From the IMG/VR virus record IMGVR_UViG_3300031733_000001: a stretch of 64,000 nucleotides of DNA. One strand, 5' to 3'. This document shows, in pieces, positions 36,613 through 45,573 of this stretch. The DNA comes from an uncultured virus (IMG/VR IMGVR_UViG_3300031733_000001). Its lineage: Duplodnaviria; Heunggongvirae; Uroviricota; Caudoviricetes. The translations under genes were made by a program, and so were the position numbers. Each line of letters begins with the position of its first letter. Position 1 is the first letter of the stretch. Below the pieces are notes generated by a model. That model did not search any database and had not been told where the DNA came from. It saw only the letters and a list, made by a program, of their open reading frames with translations.

Positions 36613-39600
36613 ATGGCTACTGAACTGCTTCAACCTGGCGTTTCCGTAATCCAGGAGTTCCGGACGGTGAGCCCGACCATCGTGACTCCCACGCTGGTCC
36701 CCTGCGCCGTTGCGCCGGCCTTCCAGGTGCTGGAGGCTCTGGAACAGGACGCCACAGGCAACAACGTGCTGAACACGGATGCGCTGGCCTCGGTGCCCGC
36801 CATCCTGATGGCGGCCAACCCCGGTGACTACGCCGGGCTCGACGGTCTGGTTCTGAAGGTGAGCGTCAACAACGGCGCGGAGCAGGAGATCACCTTCAGC
36901 GACCCGACGGCGTTGAACCTGAGTGCGTCTCAGGTGAAGGACCAGATCAACGCGGCGAGCCCTTCGGGCTTCGGGGCCTACGTGGTGACGAGCGGCTCGA
37001 GCAGCTACGTCCAGCTCCGGTCCACGGGCAAGGGCGACGGCCAGTTCCTGAAGGTGCTGGGCGGAGACGCCAACTCGGTCCTCGGGTTCAACGACAACTA
37101 CGAGTCCGAGGGCGTGTCCAGCTACAGCCAGGACAAGGTCTTCGTGGAGCAGGACAACTTCCCCGACCCGCGCGGGATCATCGACGAGCTGGACGTGGAC
37201 GAGTCCAGCATCCGGTGCTTCCTGAGCTCGAGCGGGGCGAACCTGAAAGAGTTCCTGCGGGACAGCACGTTCCTGCGGAAGCACAAGGGCGCGACCTACA
37301 CCGGCGGGACCGTCACCTACGGCTCGTTCAACACCACGAAGTTCGCCTTCAAGTACCAGAAGGGTGGTGCGACCCACGAGTTCACCTTCGCTACCGAGCC
37401 GGGCGACATCGCCACGCTGGTCAGCGACATGAACACGCTGATCGCCGCGCTGTCCGGTCTCACCTTCACTGTGAACGGTTCGGTGATCGACGCCGAGTCG
37501 GACTACGGCTACTTCGAGGTGGTGACGCCTTCGGCCAGCTCGGCCCACAGCAACATGGGCTGGACGGATGGGGCCAAGGCCTACACGATGGAGCCGGTGG
37601 ACGACGGCGACGGCGACACCAAGACGCCGTTCGTGGTGGTGGACCAGGACAACTTCAACGCCGCGGCCGACGAGGCGGTGAAGACGGGCACGGTGGACAT
37701 CACCACCGAGCAGCAGATCCACAACCTCACCTTCGAGGTGGCCGTCGACGGCGCTCACATGCAGGAGGTCACCTTCGATGGTGGCCCGATCGTGGGGCCC
37801 AACATCTTCGTGGTCGGCAACACCCTGACCGGCTCGGTGTTCGGCTTCAGCGTCAACGGCGTGGACAAGACGGTGACCTTCGCCGGTGGTGACCCGATCT
37901 CCATCGCGTCGGCCATCTCCCAGATCAACGCCGCGGCCGGGACCACGGTCTGCTACGAGTCGAACGCGTCCGGCGTGGCGACCACGGGCGGCGGGTATCT
38001 CGCCTTCCAGGTGGGTGGGGCGACCCCCATCGCCGGCGGCGAGATCTACCTGGACTACTCCGTGGCCACGGGCACGGCCTGGGCGGACCTGGGCTTCACG
38101 GGCACCTCGGATGTCTACCAGACCCTGTCGCTCGCCGAGATCGTGTCGCAGATCAACGACACCATGGGTGCGGGTGTGGCGGACAGCACGACCGTGGCCA
38201 ACCGGGTGACGCTCAACTCCAGCACCAAGGGTGCGGAGTCGAAGATCGAGATCGGCAACGGGACGGCCAACACGCTCCTCGGCTTCACGGCTGGGGACGT
38301 GGAGAACGGCACTCCGTTCGCTCCGGCGGTCGGGGATGCGGTCTACGGCGAGGGGACCCTCATCGGCTACGTCGCCGTGGTGCGGCCGGGTGGGTACAAC
38401 AACCGCCTGAAGCTGGACCGGGAGATCTCCACCAGCGCCGGGTACGTCTCGATGTACATCCAGGCCGTGGGGATCCCCAGCACGCTGCCGGCCACCAGGC
38501 CCACCCCGGACCTGGTCGTGGACGCGGCGGGGGCCGTGAACCTGAAGCACGACTTCCTGCGGGACACCGAGGGCAACCCCATCGCCGCCTCGGCCTCCCT
38601 GATCATCATGTACACCGCCCTCCGGCTGGACGTGACGCCGGCGGCGGACGATCCCGGGCTGCTGAACCTCGATGACACGGACGACCTCGAGGATGCCCTG
38701 GCGCCCATCAACACCGACAACCCGCTGGGCCTGATGCTGTACTTCATGCTCATCAACGCCCCGGGCGTGGTGGTCACCGGCATCGGCGTGGACGCCGTGA
38801 GCGCGCTCAACCCGGACGGGACTCCGACGGCCTACTCCAAGGCCCTGTCCTTCCTGGAGAGCGAGGAGGTCTACGCGCTGGCGCCGGCCTCGCAGGACCC
38901 GGTGGTCCATCAGCTGTTCATGACCCACGTGGATGCGCAGTCCGACCCGGACGCCAAGGGCGAGCGGATCGTCTTCATCAACCCGGAGATGCCGGGGGAG
39001 GCGGTGCCAGACCTGGTGACCAGCGGCACGGACGGCGACTCGACGGCGGTCAGCAACGAGTTCGACACCAAGCTGGCGACCCTGGCGGCGGACCTGCTGG
39101 CGGCGGGTGTGGACCCCACGGGGACACTCGACGCGGAAGACGGGGTGTACCTGGACATCGCCTCGGACGCCTACCGGTACAACATCTCGGCCATCAGCGG
39201 CACCAAGGTGACCATCCGGGTGGCCTTCGCTCCGGGGGAGAACGATGACGACTTCTTCGCCGAGTCGAACCTCCCCACCAACCTGATCTCCGAGTCCTTC
39301 ACCATCTACGTGCGGGGCGAGGCCGCGGTCGACTCCAACGGCGACCCGGACTACACCGAGATCGCCCAGGCGTACCAGGACCTGGGGCAGCTCTACCAGA
39401 ACCGGCGTGTGATCATGGTGGCCCCGGAGCTGGTCGGCGCGACCATCGAGAGCACCGAGCAGCAGATCAAGGGCTACTACCTCTGCGCGGCCATCGCCGG
39501 CATGGTGGGTCAGTTGGCGCCCCAGCAGGGCTTCACCAACTACCCCATCACCGGCTTCACTCGGGTCAAGGGCTCGAACGATGTGTTCAACCAGACCCAG

Positions 39601-39990
39601 ATGAACGTCGGGGCGGCCGGCGGTACCTACTGGGTCATCCAGGAGGTGGCCGGTGGTCCTCTGACCTGCCGGCACCAGCTCACCACGGATCTCACGAGCA
39701 TCGAGACCCGCGAGCTGTCGATCACCAAGGTGGTGGACTTCACCGCGAAGTTCATGAGGGCCGGCCTTCGGAACTTCATCGGCAAGTTCAACATCACCCA
39801 GCCGTTCCTCGACACCCTCAGCACGGTCGTGCAGGGCCAGCTGTCCTTCCTGACCGAGTCGGGTGTCATCATCGGCGGTGACCTGAACAACATCGTGCAG
39901 GACACCTCGGCCCCGGACACGGTCCTCATCGACGTGACCCTGGACGTGCCGTACCCCTGCAACTACATCCGGCTCACCCTCGTCATCTGA
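36613..39990 (+). CDS. contractile tail sheath protein (large, with insertion domains)
   Basis: N-terminal QPGVSVIQE; C-terminal RHQLTT, ELSITKVVDF and PYPCNYIRLTL; 1125 aa; followed by the tube gene. Confidence 0.85.
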   Translation: MATELLQPGVSVIQEFRTVSPTIVTPTLVPCAVAPAFQVLEALEQDATGNNVLNTDALASVPAILMAANPGDYAGLDGLVLKVSVNNGAEQEITFSDPTALNLSASQVKDQINAASPSGFGAYVVTSGSSSYVQLRSTGKGDGQFLKVLGGDANSVLGFNDNYESEGVSSYSQDKVFVEQDNFPDPRGIIDELDVDESSIRCFLSSSGANLKEFLRDSTFLRKHKGATYTGGTVTYGSFNTTKFAFKYQKGGATHEFTFATEPGDIATLVSDMNTLIAALSGLTFTVNGSVIDAESDYGYFEVVTPSASSAHSNMGWTDGAKAYTMEPVDDGDGDTKTPFVVVDQDNFNAAADEAVKTGTVDITTEQQIHNLTFEVAVDGAHMQEVTFDGGPIVGPNIFVVGNTLTGSVFGFSVNGVDKTVTFAGGDPISIASAISQINAAAGTTVCYESNASGVATTGGGYLAFQVGGATPIAGGEIYLDYSVATGTAWADLGFTGTSDVYQTLSLAEIVSQINDTMGAGVADSTTVANRVTLNSSTKGAESKIEIGNGTANTLLGFTAGDVENGTPFAPAVGDAVYGEGTLIGYVAVVRPGGYNNRLKLDREISTSAGYVSMYIQAVGIPSTLPATRPTPDLVVDAAGAVNLKHDFLRDTEGNPIAASASLIIMYTALRLDVTPAADDPGLLNLDDTDDLEDALAPINTDNPLGLMLYFMLINAPGVVVTGIGVDAVSALNPDGTPTAYSKALSFLESEEVYALAPASQDPVVHQLFMTHVDAQSDPDAKGERIVFINPEMPGEAVPDLVTSGTDGDSTAVSNEFDTKLATLAADLLAAGVDPTGTLDAEDGVYLDIASDAYRYNISAISGTKVTIRVAFAPGENDDDFFAESNLPTNLISESFTIYVRGEAAVDSNGDPDYTEIAQAYQDLGQLYQNRRVIMVAPELVGATIESTEQQIKGYYLCAAIAGMVGQLAPQQGFTNYPITGFTRVKGSNDVFNQTQMNVGAAGGTYWVIQEVAGGPLTCRHQLTTDLTSIETRELSITKVVDFTAKFMRAGLRNFIGKFNITQPFLDTLSTVVQGQLSFLTESGVIIGGDLNNIVQDTSAPDTVLIDVTLDVPYPCNYIRLTLVI

Positions 39991-40049
39991 TGATGGCGGG
40001 TGTACCATGTTCTGTGATGGCCTGCGGGCCGCGCGGATAGGAGGCAGTC

Positions 40050-40775
40050 ATGGCAACCTTCAGTGAATGGAGCCCGTACGAGAAGTTCGTACAGGCCGGC
40101 ATGGTCGACGGTCAGTTCCTCAACGCTGGCTTCACCTGCCTGGCGGCCGGGCCTCCTCGTCTGGCGAACATCGGCGGCAGCACGGCCGTCGCTGGTGCGC
40201 TGTCCGCAGGGGCTGGTGCCGATCAGATGGTGATGCCCATCGGGGTGATCCAGAACGTCAACCTGAGCCACAACCGGACGTTCAACAGGATCTTCGAGGT
40301 GGGCTCCGAGCGGTCGTTCTTCATCAGCGGCCGCACCATCGGGCAGCTCTCGATCGCCCGCATCCTCTACCACGGGCCCAGCTTGCTCCGCATGCTGTAC
40401 GCCTACTACGAGGATGCGATCCCGCCCACGCTCGTCAGCGCGGTGTTCCCCAACGCGGGGATCGCCACGGTGGCCAACCCCCACGACGTCATCATCCCTC
40501 CGGGGTACGAGAACCTGTTCCTCAACCTGGCCTCCGACCTGTTCAACCAGCCGGTCGGTCTGCTGCTCTACGTGCGGGACAGCAACATGGACACCTACGG
40601 CGCCGTCTACATGGAGAGCTGCTACGTGCCGAACCACACCTGGGCCACGGACGCCCAGGGCGTGATCGTGCAGGAGTCGGCGGCGATCCAGTTCGAGCGG
40701 GCCGTTCCGGTGGCCGTCACCGCCCTGTCTCTCATCGCCGGGGCATCCGGGAGCGCGCTGGGCATCGGTGGCTAG
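40050..40775 (+). CDS. tail tube protein
   Basis: Directly after the sheath; IGVIQNV..S.NR...RIFEVGS and final IQFER patterns. Confidence 0.7.
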   Translation: MATFSEWSPYEKFVQAGMVDGQFLNAGFTCLAAGPPRLANIGGSTAVAGALSAGAGADQMVMPIGVIQNVNLSHNRTFNRIFEVGSERSFFISGRTIGQLSIARILYHGPSLLRMLYAYYEDAIPPTLVSAVFPNAGIATVANPHDVIIPPGYENLFLNLASDLFNQPVGLLLYVRDSNMDTYGAVYMESCYVPNHTWATDAQGVIVQESAAIQFERAVPVAVTALSLIAGASGSALGIGG

Positions 40776-41876
40776 GTGGCACACCTGATCCCACAGGACG
40801 AGTTCCTCGTCAAGCTGTCGTCCCTGCGGGAAGCTGATCTGTTGGGGCGGCAGTTGGCGATGGGGCGTGCAGTCACCGAGCTGGCCAAGATCGCCGGTGC
40901 GGCTTTCGCCCAGGTCGACGAGCCGGAGATGGAGAAGATCGCCGCCGGCATGGAGAAGGTGGCCTGGGACATGGTGCAGCAGGGCGAACTCAGCCCTGAG
41001 CAGTTCCAGTTCCTCAAGGAGGCGGGGATCTTCAGCTCCATCGGCCGGTTCATCTCCAAGAGGGCGCCGAAGCTCGACATCGCCGCCGGCAAAGTCAGGA
41101 GTCGGCTACGGAGCTTCGGTCAGAGGTTCAAGCGACAGCCACGGGTAGCTCCCAGCGTGCCACAGCAGGCCGCGCGGCCGGCACCCACTACCACAGGACC
41201 CCGGGTCCGCAGGAAGGGCAAGGTTCAACCGGCTCAGCAGCGTCAGCAGGGCGCTGTGATGACGGAGAGAGGGGACATCAGGGCCGCGCCGGCCAGCGGG
41301 GGGCCCACGGTGGAGCATGTTCAGCGGCGGCCGGGCTACAAGCCATCCAAGCCACAAGCTACACCCACAGGCTATACCTCTGGGGCCGCTCCGACTGGTG
41401 CGGGACGGCCCGCCACGGCACCGAGATCTGCGCCGCCGGCCGGTGCCGAGCAGGTTGGGGGAGCGGGTGGCCCCTACCGTCGTTCTGGTAGGGTGAAGGA
41501 GGCTCCCAAAGAGCAGCCCAAGTCATCCACGCAGCGATCTCAGGAGATGGCTGACCAGGCAGCAACCAAGCAACGGACCACCCAGCAGCAGACCGCTCAG
41601 CAAACAGGTCAGCAGCCTCAACAGGGTTGGTGGCAGCGCCTGACCGGTGGTGGTCAGCCGAAGAAGCCCAGCTACGGCCTCGGTCGACTGGCACTCTACG
41701 GTGGCCTGGGCCTGGGAGCCTACGGCCTCTACAAGGGCGTCGGCTGGGGAGCAAGGCAACTCGAGCAGGCGAGCACAACTCCCATGGCCTACGGAGGGGG
41801 ATGGAGTCCGGTGCCGTACGGGTATGGTCACACGCCCTACGGTCCCGGCATGCCCACCATGGGCCCGGGAGCATAG
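40776..41876 (+). CDS. K-x-A motif protein with basic disordered body and C-terminal hydrophobic segment
   Basis: LAKIA, MEKIA, MEKVA and FLKEA cluster in the N-terminus; LALYGGLGLGAYGLYKG near the C-terminus. Confidence 0.6.
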   Translation: MAHLIPQDEFLVKLSSLREADLLGRQLAMGRAVTELAKIAGAAFAQVDEPEMEKIAAGMEKVAWDMVQQGELSPEQFQFLKEAGIFSSIGRFISKRAPKLDIAAGKVRSRLRSFGQRFKRQPRVAPSVPQQAARPAPTTTGPRVRRKGKVQPAQQRQQGAVMTERGDIRAAPASGGPTVEHVQRRPGYKPSKPQATPTGYTSGAAPTGAGRPATAPRSAPPAGAEQVGGAGGPYRRSGRVKEAPKEQPKSSTQRSQEMADQAATKQRTTQQQTAQQTGQQPQQGWWQRLTGGGQPKKPSYGLGRLALYGGLGLGAYGLYKGVGWGARQLEQASTTPMAYGGGWSPVPYGYGHTPYGPGMPTMGPGA

Positions 41877-41955
41877 ATACTCTGTGACTGGGTCCTCCAC
41901 GATGTCTCAGCCACCGTGAAGGGGTCCTTCACGTTTCCAGTTGCAGAGCTTGCAT

Positions 41956-41996
41956 CCCCGATCAGGGATTCGGCCCCCTGATCGGGGGTCTTTTTC
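41956..41996 (+). terminator. rho-independent terminator ending the structural block
   Basis: CCCCGATCAGGG-8 nt-CCCTGATCGGGG followed by TCTTTTT, at the +/- strand switch. Confidence 0.8.
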
Positions 41997-41997
41997 T

Positions 41998-42495
41998 CTA
42001 CTGTTCCCCTTCAGGATGATCTGGTGAGAGTGGCCAGTCGCGCTTCGCTACCGGTGGCTGGTACTCCTCCTCGAAGTTCTCCATCTCTGCCTGGGTGTGG
42101 ACACCCGGTGGCCGATAGATCGGCGTCGGCAGTGTAGCAGGCGGCTTGCCACGTGGGTCCTTTAGCGTGGCCATCTGTTCCGCTATCCCATCGAGAATAC
42201 GACGGTCTTCGTTGTTTGCGGGACGGAGGTCTGACTCGCCAGCCAAGATCTTCAGGGCCAGAGCCTGCTGCTCTGGAGTCCAGTACTCAGGAGGTCCATC
42301 CGCTACGTCAGCAAGGAGTCCCGGCTCGGCGCCGAACAGTTCCTCGAACTGCGTGGGGGGTAAAGAAGAGCGCGATGGCTCTTCTGGTAGGGGGAACGCC
42401 TTCGGTGCGAAGGCGTTGAGGTAGGCATCCGTCTTCCCAAACATCGGGCAGTCGGTGTTGTCGTGCTGTCCGCCGCAGAACACACAGTTAGTCAT
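41998..42495 (-). CDS. hypothetical protein with N-terminal Zn knuckle
   Basis: CVFCGGQH....C (CCHC-like). Confidence 0.5.
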   Translation of the reverse strand: MTNCVFCGGQHDNTDCPMFGKTDAYLNAFAPKAFPLPEEPSRSSLPPTQFEELFGAEPGLLADVADGPPEYWTPEQQALALKILAGESDLRPANNEDRRILDGIAEQMATLKDPRGKPPATLPTPIYRPPGVHTQAEMENFEEEYQPPVAKRDWPLSPDHPEGEQ

Positions 42496-42700
42496 CGGGG
42501 TCGATCAGCAGTCCCATACTGCGCTTCTCATAGTACGCCGTGATGAGGGCACGTACAATATCAGACGGGTATGGAACGCCCATCCTCTTGGCCTCACGCT
42601 CGAGGAAGGCGAGCATATCAGGAGGGACGTAGATGCTTAGTCTCCGCTTGATATCCTCCTGAGCTTCTTCCGGTGCCGGTCTATGAGTCCTGCGGGGCAT
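42488..42700 (-). CDS. ribbon-helix-helix DNA-binding protein
   Basis: RRLSIYVPPDMLAFLEREAKRMG...SDIVRALI (CopG/Arc pattern). Confidence 0.65.
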   Translation of the reverse strand: MPRRTHRPAPEEAQEDIKRRLSIYVPPDMLAFLEREAKRMGVPYPSDIVRALITAYYEKRSMGLLIDPDD

Positions 42701-45278
42701 CGAGAGTGGAGACCCTACGGCCAGTGGGCACACCGTCACAGTGCAGCTCGAAGCAGTCGAGGCAGATCTCCCACTGACCCTCGTCCAGATCCAGCTCAGC
42801 CATCATGTGGTTGGGTACGTCCTGCAGGCGGACATGAATCCCGTCCTTGCAGGAGTGCAGAGGGTGGTTCTCCGGAGCGAAGGGATCGAACGGACGGGGG
42901 CACATGCAGCCCGTCTTGTCGCACTTCTTGCAATACCCGGCCTTGTAGATCTTGGCCTTGTTGGCCAGTTTCCGCGCGTCCTCCTGAGCCTTGTGGATCC
43001 GCTCCTGGCGCTCCTTCTCCTTCTGGGGCGCCAGGCGCTTCTGCTCCTCGATGAACCGCTTGGTGTCCGGGGACCAGGCCCGGGCAGACTTCTCGGAGAA
43101 CGTGGGCTCGTCGGTCCCCAAGATCTCCCTGCAGGCCTGCTCGAGTAGCTTCTGCTCACCCAGGAGCAGGACGTCAGACGACCGCTTGACCCGGTCCTCC
43201 ACCAGCTCCACCACCCTCGTGGCCGCTACCTTGAACTTGGCAGCGGTCTTCTGCGCGAAGTTGATGATGAACTGCTTCGCCCGCTCCAGGGTCAGCTCCA
43301 CCGACTCCACCGACACCTGGAAGTAGTCCTTGGCGTGCGATCCACACGCCATCAGCTCGATCTCCCGGTTCTTCCGCTCTGTACAGGGGTGACCCACGGA
43401 CAGGACGACGGAGGTGAGGGGGCCGTGCTTGAGGGGCTTGTTGATGTCCTGGGGGGTCCGATCGGACCCCCGCTTCGTGCCGAAGCTCATGGCCATGGCC
43501 ACCTGGTGGATAGCCTGCACGGCGTGCTTGAACGTGTGGCTAGTGACCTTCACCCGCTCCGTGCTCTCCCGCAGGCAGGTCAACACCTGCTGAGCACCAG
43601 CCAGATCGCCACTGCCCAGGGTGAGCTCGGCCGCCACGGCGTGGCAGAACTCCTCGATGAGCGCCTCGGTCGCGTAGGTGTCGTCCACGTGCTCCCAGGG
43701 CATCTGGGAGGTCTTGATGGTCTGGCCCTTGCGGTCCTTGGCCCGCAGCTGCAGGACGTCCTCGCCGTTCTTCTTGTAGTTGCGCCGCTCCACGCACACC
43801 CTGAACAGCTCACGCTCGGGCTTGATGCCCAAGAACTCCTGCACGATCTTGGAGTCCTTCAGCACCCTGTCCAGCATGATGTCGTCCACGGCGTGGATGG
43901 GGTCGATGGCGCCGATGGTCCGGACCATCCGCTTGGCCACCACGCCCGCGTTCTTGGTCCCCAGCGCCTCCAGTAGAGACCGTGTCATCGTGAAGAAGTT
44001 GCAGCCGACGGCTCTGGCTGCAGGCTCGATGAAGTCGTGGAAGATGTGCCCACCGGAGATCTTGGTCTTGTGGAACCGCTTCCCCATCAGCGGCTGCCAG
44101 CGCCACCCGTAGAAGACGCCGAACTGGAGGCGGCTCTGCTGCTCACCGTTCACTATGCTCACCACCACCTTCCACTGCTTGGGCCACTCCTCCTTCACCT
44201 CGTTGATGGTCCTGGTGGCATCACAGTGGGGGTAGTTGCTGCAGCCGTAGAACTCGTGCCCCTCCATGAGTCCCCGACCGGCCTCATGGAGCACCATGGG
44301 GGCGTCGCAGCGAGGGCAGTAGACCTTCTCGGGAAGGTCCCCCTCGTCGTCATCGCTGGCGTAGAGGCCTGCCAGTTGATCAATGTTCATTTCGGCCTCC
44401 TTCTGGTGCAGCAGCGCCTCCACACGCTGCTGCGCCCGGTATAGTGTGTACTGCTCCCGAGACAGCTCCTTCACCTCGATCAGCTTGGGGGCGTTCTCGG
44501 ACGTGGCGAGCCAGTTCAGCCTCTCCGAGATCCCCTCCAATACCCACCTGATCTTCTCGATCGGCGAGTGCTCATCCAGCTTGGGGATCTTCATGGGTCC
44601 TGGCTCGTCCCCCGGGTCCAGGGGTTGGCAGAGGTACTCGTTGGCGAACCTCTGCTCGTCGACCTGGGAGACGTGGTGGGGATCTCCCTGGTAGGTCTTG
44701 ATGTACTGGTCGGTCATTGCCTTGATGCGCTGGGCAGTCTTGTTCATGACCTGCATCGGCTCCCTCTCCAGATCTGCCTTGGTGGTGGGCGGGCTCTGCC
44801 CTGGCGGCAAGAACTTCATGTCCTCGAGGATGAATACGTCCCCGTTGGCGTCCGGCTCACCGCTCCTCTTGACGACACCCATCACCAGGACGGTCCTACC
44901 GTCATCACCGAAGTCGATGCCTACGATCCTGTCGCCCTCCTCTGGCACTTGATACACGGCGTCGTCGTGGGTGTGCATCATCGGCATCGGGATGAGGGTG
45001 CGGCCCTGCGGTGACTCGAGCTTGAATCCCTGCTCCGCCATGCGCTGGGCCACGATCCTCAGCTCGAGCTGGGCGAAGTCGGTGTTGATGATCGGGGTGT
45101 CCTTCGGCTCGTAGCCAGCCTCGCAGAGCGGACACTTGGTCTCGGGCACCTTGCAGCCCATCGAGACGTCCTTGAGGCTGCCGTCGAAGATGTGACTTGG
45201 GAACTGGGGCGGGTCCACCCAGATGTCGTTGAAGCTCAGCTTTCCAGGGACCCACCTCTTTGTCTTACTCTCGGCCAT
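42681..45278 (-). CDS. 865-aa mosaic protein (enzyme-motif array, topoisomerase-type Zn finger, unknown C-terminus)
   Basis: AAGGAGG SD; see findings; CPRCDAPMVL...FYGCSNYPHC matches the TopA C4 Zn finger. Confidence 0.7.
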   Translation of the reverse strand: MAESKTKRWVPGKLSFNDIWVDPPQFPSHIFDGSLKDVSMGCKVPETKCPLCEAGYEPKDTPIINTDFAQLELRIVAQRMAEQGFKLESPQGRTLIPMPMMHTHDDAVYQVPEEGDRIVGIDFGDDGRTVLVMGVVKRSGEPDANGDVFILEDMKFLPPGQSPPTTKADLEREPMQVMNKTAQRIKAMTDQYIKTYQGDPHHVSQVDEQRFANEYLCQPLDPGDEPGPMKIPKLDEHSPIEKIRWVLEGISERLNWLATSENAPKLIEVKELSREQYTLYRAQQRVEALLHQKEAEMNIDQLAGLYASDDDEGDLPEKVYCPRCDAPMVLHEAGRGLMEGHEFYGCSNYPHCDATRTINEVKEEWPKQWKVVVSIVNGEQQSRLQFGVFYGWRWQPLMGKRFHKTKISGGHIFHDFIEPAARAVGCNFFTMTRSLLEALGTKNAGVVAKRMVRTIGAIDPIHAVDDIMLDRVLKDSKIVQEFLGIKPERELFRVCVERRNYKKNGEDVLQLRAKDRKGQTIKTSQMPWEHVDDTYATEALIEEFCHAVAAELTLGSGDLAGAQQVLTCLRESTERVKVTSHTFKHAVQAIHQVAMAMSFGTKRGSDRTPQDINKPLKHGPLTSVVLSVGHPCTERKNREIELMACGSHAKDYFQVSVESVELTLERAKQFIINFAQKTAAKFKVAATRVVELVEDRVKRSSDVLLLGEQKLLEQACREILGTDEPTFSEKSARAWSPDTKRFIEEQKRLAPQKEKERQERIHKAQEDARKLANKAKIYKAGYCKKCDKTGCMCPRPFDPFAPENHPLHSCKDGIHVRLQDVPNHMMAELDLDEGQWEICLDCFELHCDGVPTGRRVSTLDAPQDS

Positions 45279-45573
45279 GTGTGAGGTCCTCCTTCATCAT
45301 CTTAGTAGCTGCCTCCAGAGTCATCAACTCCCCTCTGTAGCGTGCTCGGTAGCGTCTGTCGTCCTTGATGATCTGGGCCCTTCGGCCGTGCCCGGTCTTG
45401 ATGTAGGTGACCCGTAGCTCGGGCATCGGGCGGGACCGTACCCCGGGAGGGAACTTCGACCCCAGCCAACCACGCATCGTTGGGCCTGGGTTTGACACCA
45501 GCCAGTCCACGATCTCGTCTGTGATCGGATCGACGGTCACAGCCTCGATCCTCCATGGTGATGTACTAGTCAT
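45265..45573 (-). CDS. hypothetical protein
   Basis: GGAGG SD before ATG 45573; coupled to its neighbours. Confidence 0.5.
   Translation of the reverse strand: MTSTSPWRIEAVTVDPITDEIVDWLVSNPGPTMRGWLGSKFPPGVRSRPMPELRVTYIKTGHGRRAQIIKDDRRYRARYRGELMTLEAATKMMKEDLTHGRE

Noticed and set aside
35989..40008. 1339-aa - strand ORF and other long antisense ORFs (26391-28892, 22880-24526, 15611-16984, 55205-57205)
   Set aside because: These are shadow ORFs opposite GC3-biased genes (sheath, capsid, protease, thyX), with unnatural V/G/H/R-rich composition and no motifs.
40776..41876. Tape measure or tail assembly chaperone expected after the tail tube
   Set aside because: The ORF is short, disordered and carries head-type K-x-A motifs. 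Tape measure and baseplate wedge genes presumably lie outside the window.
42681..45278. Calling the 865-aa ORF a DNA polymerase A or a topoisomerase
   Set aside because: The motif A- and C-like peptides are only about 25 aa apart with no motif B or fingers domain, and only a single TopA Zn finger is present, so it cannot form either enzyme.
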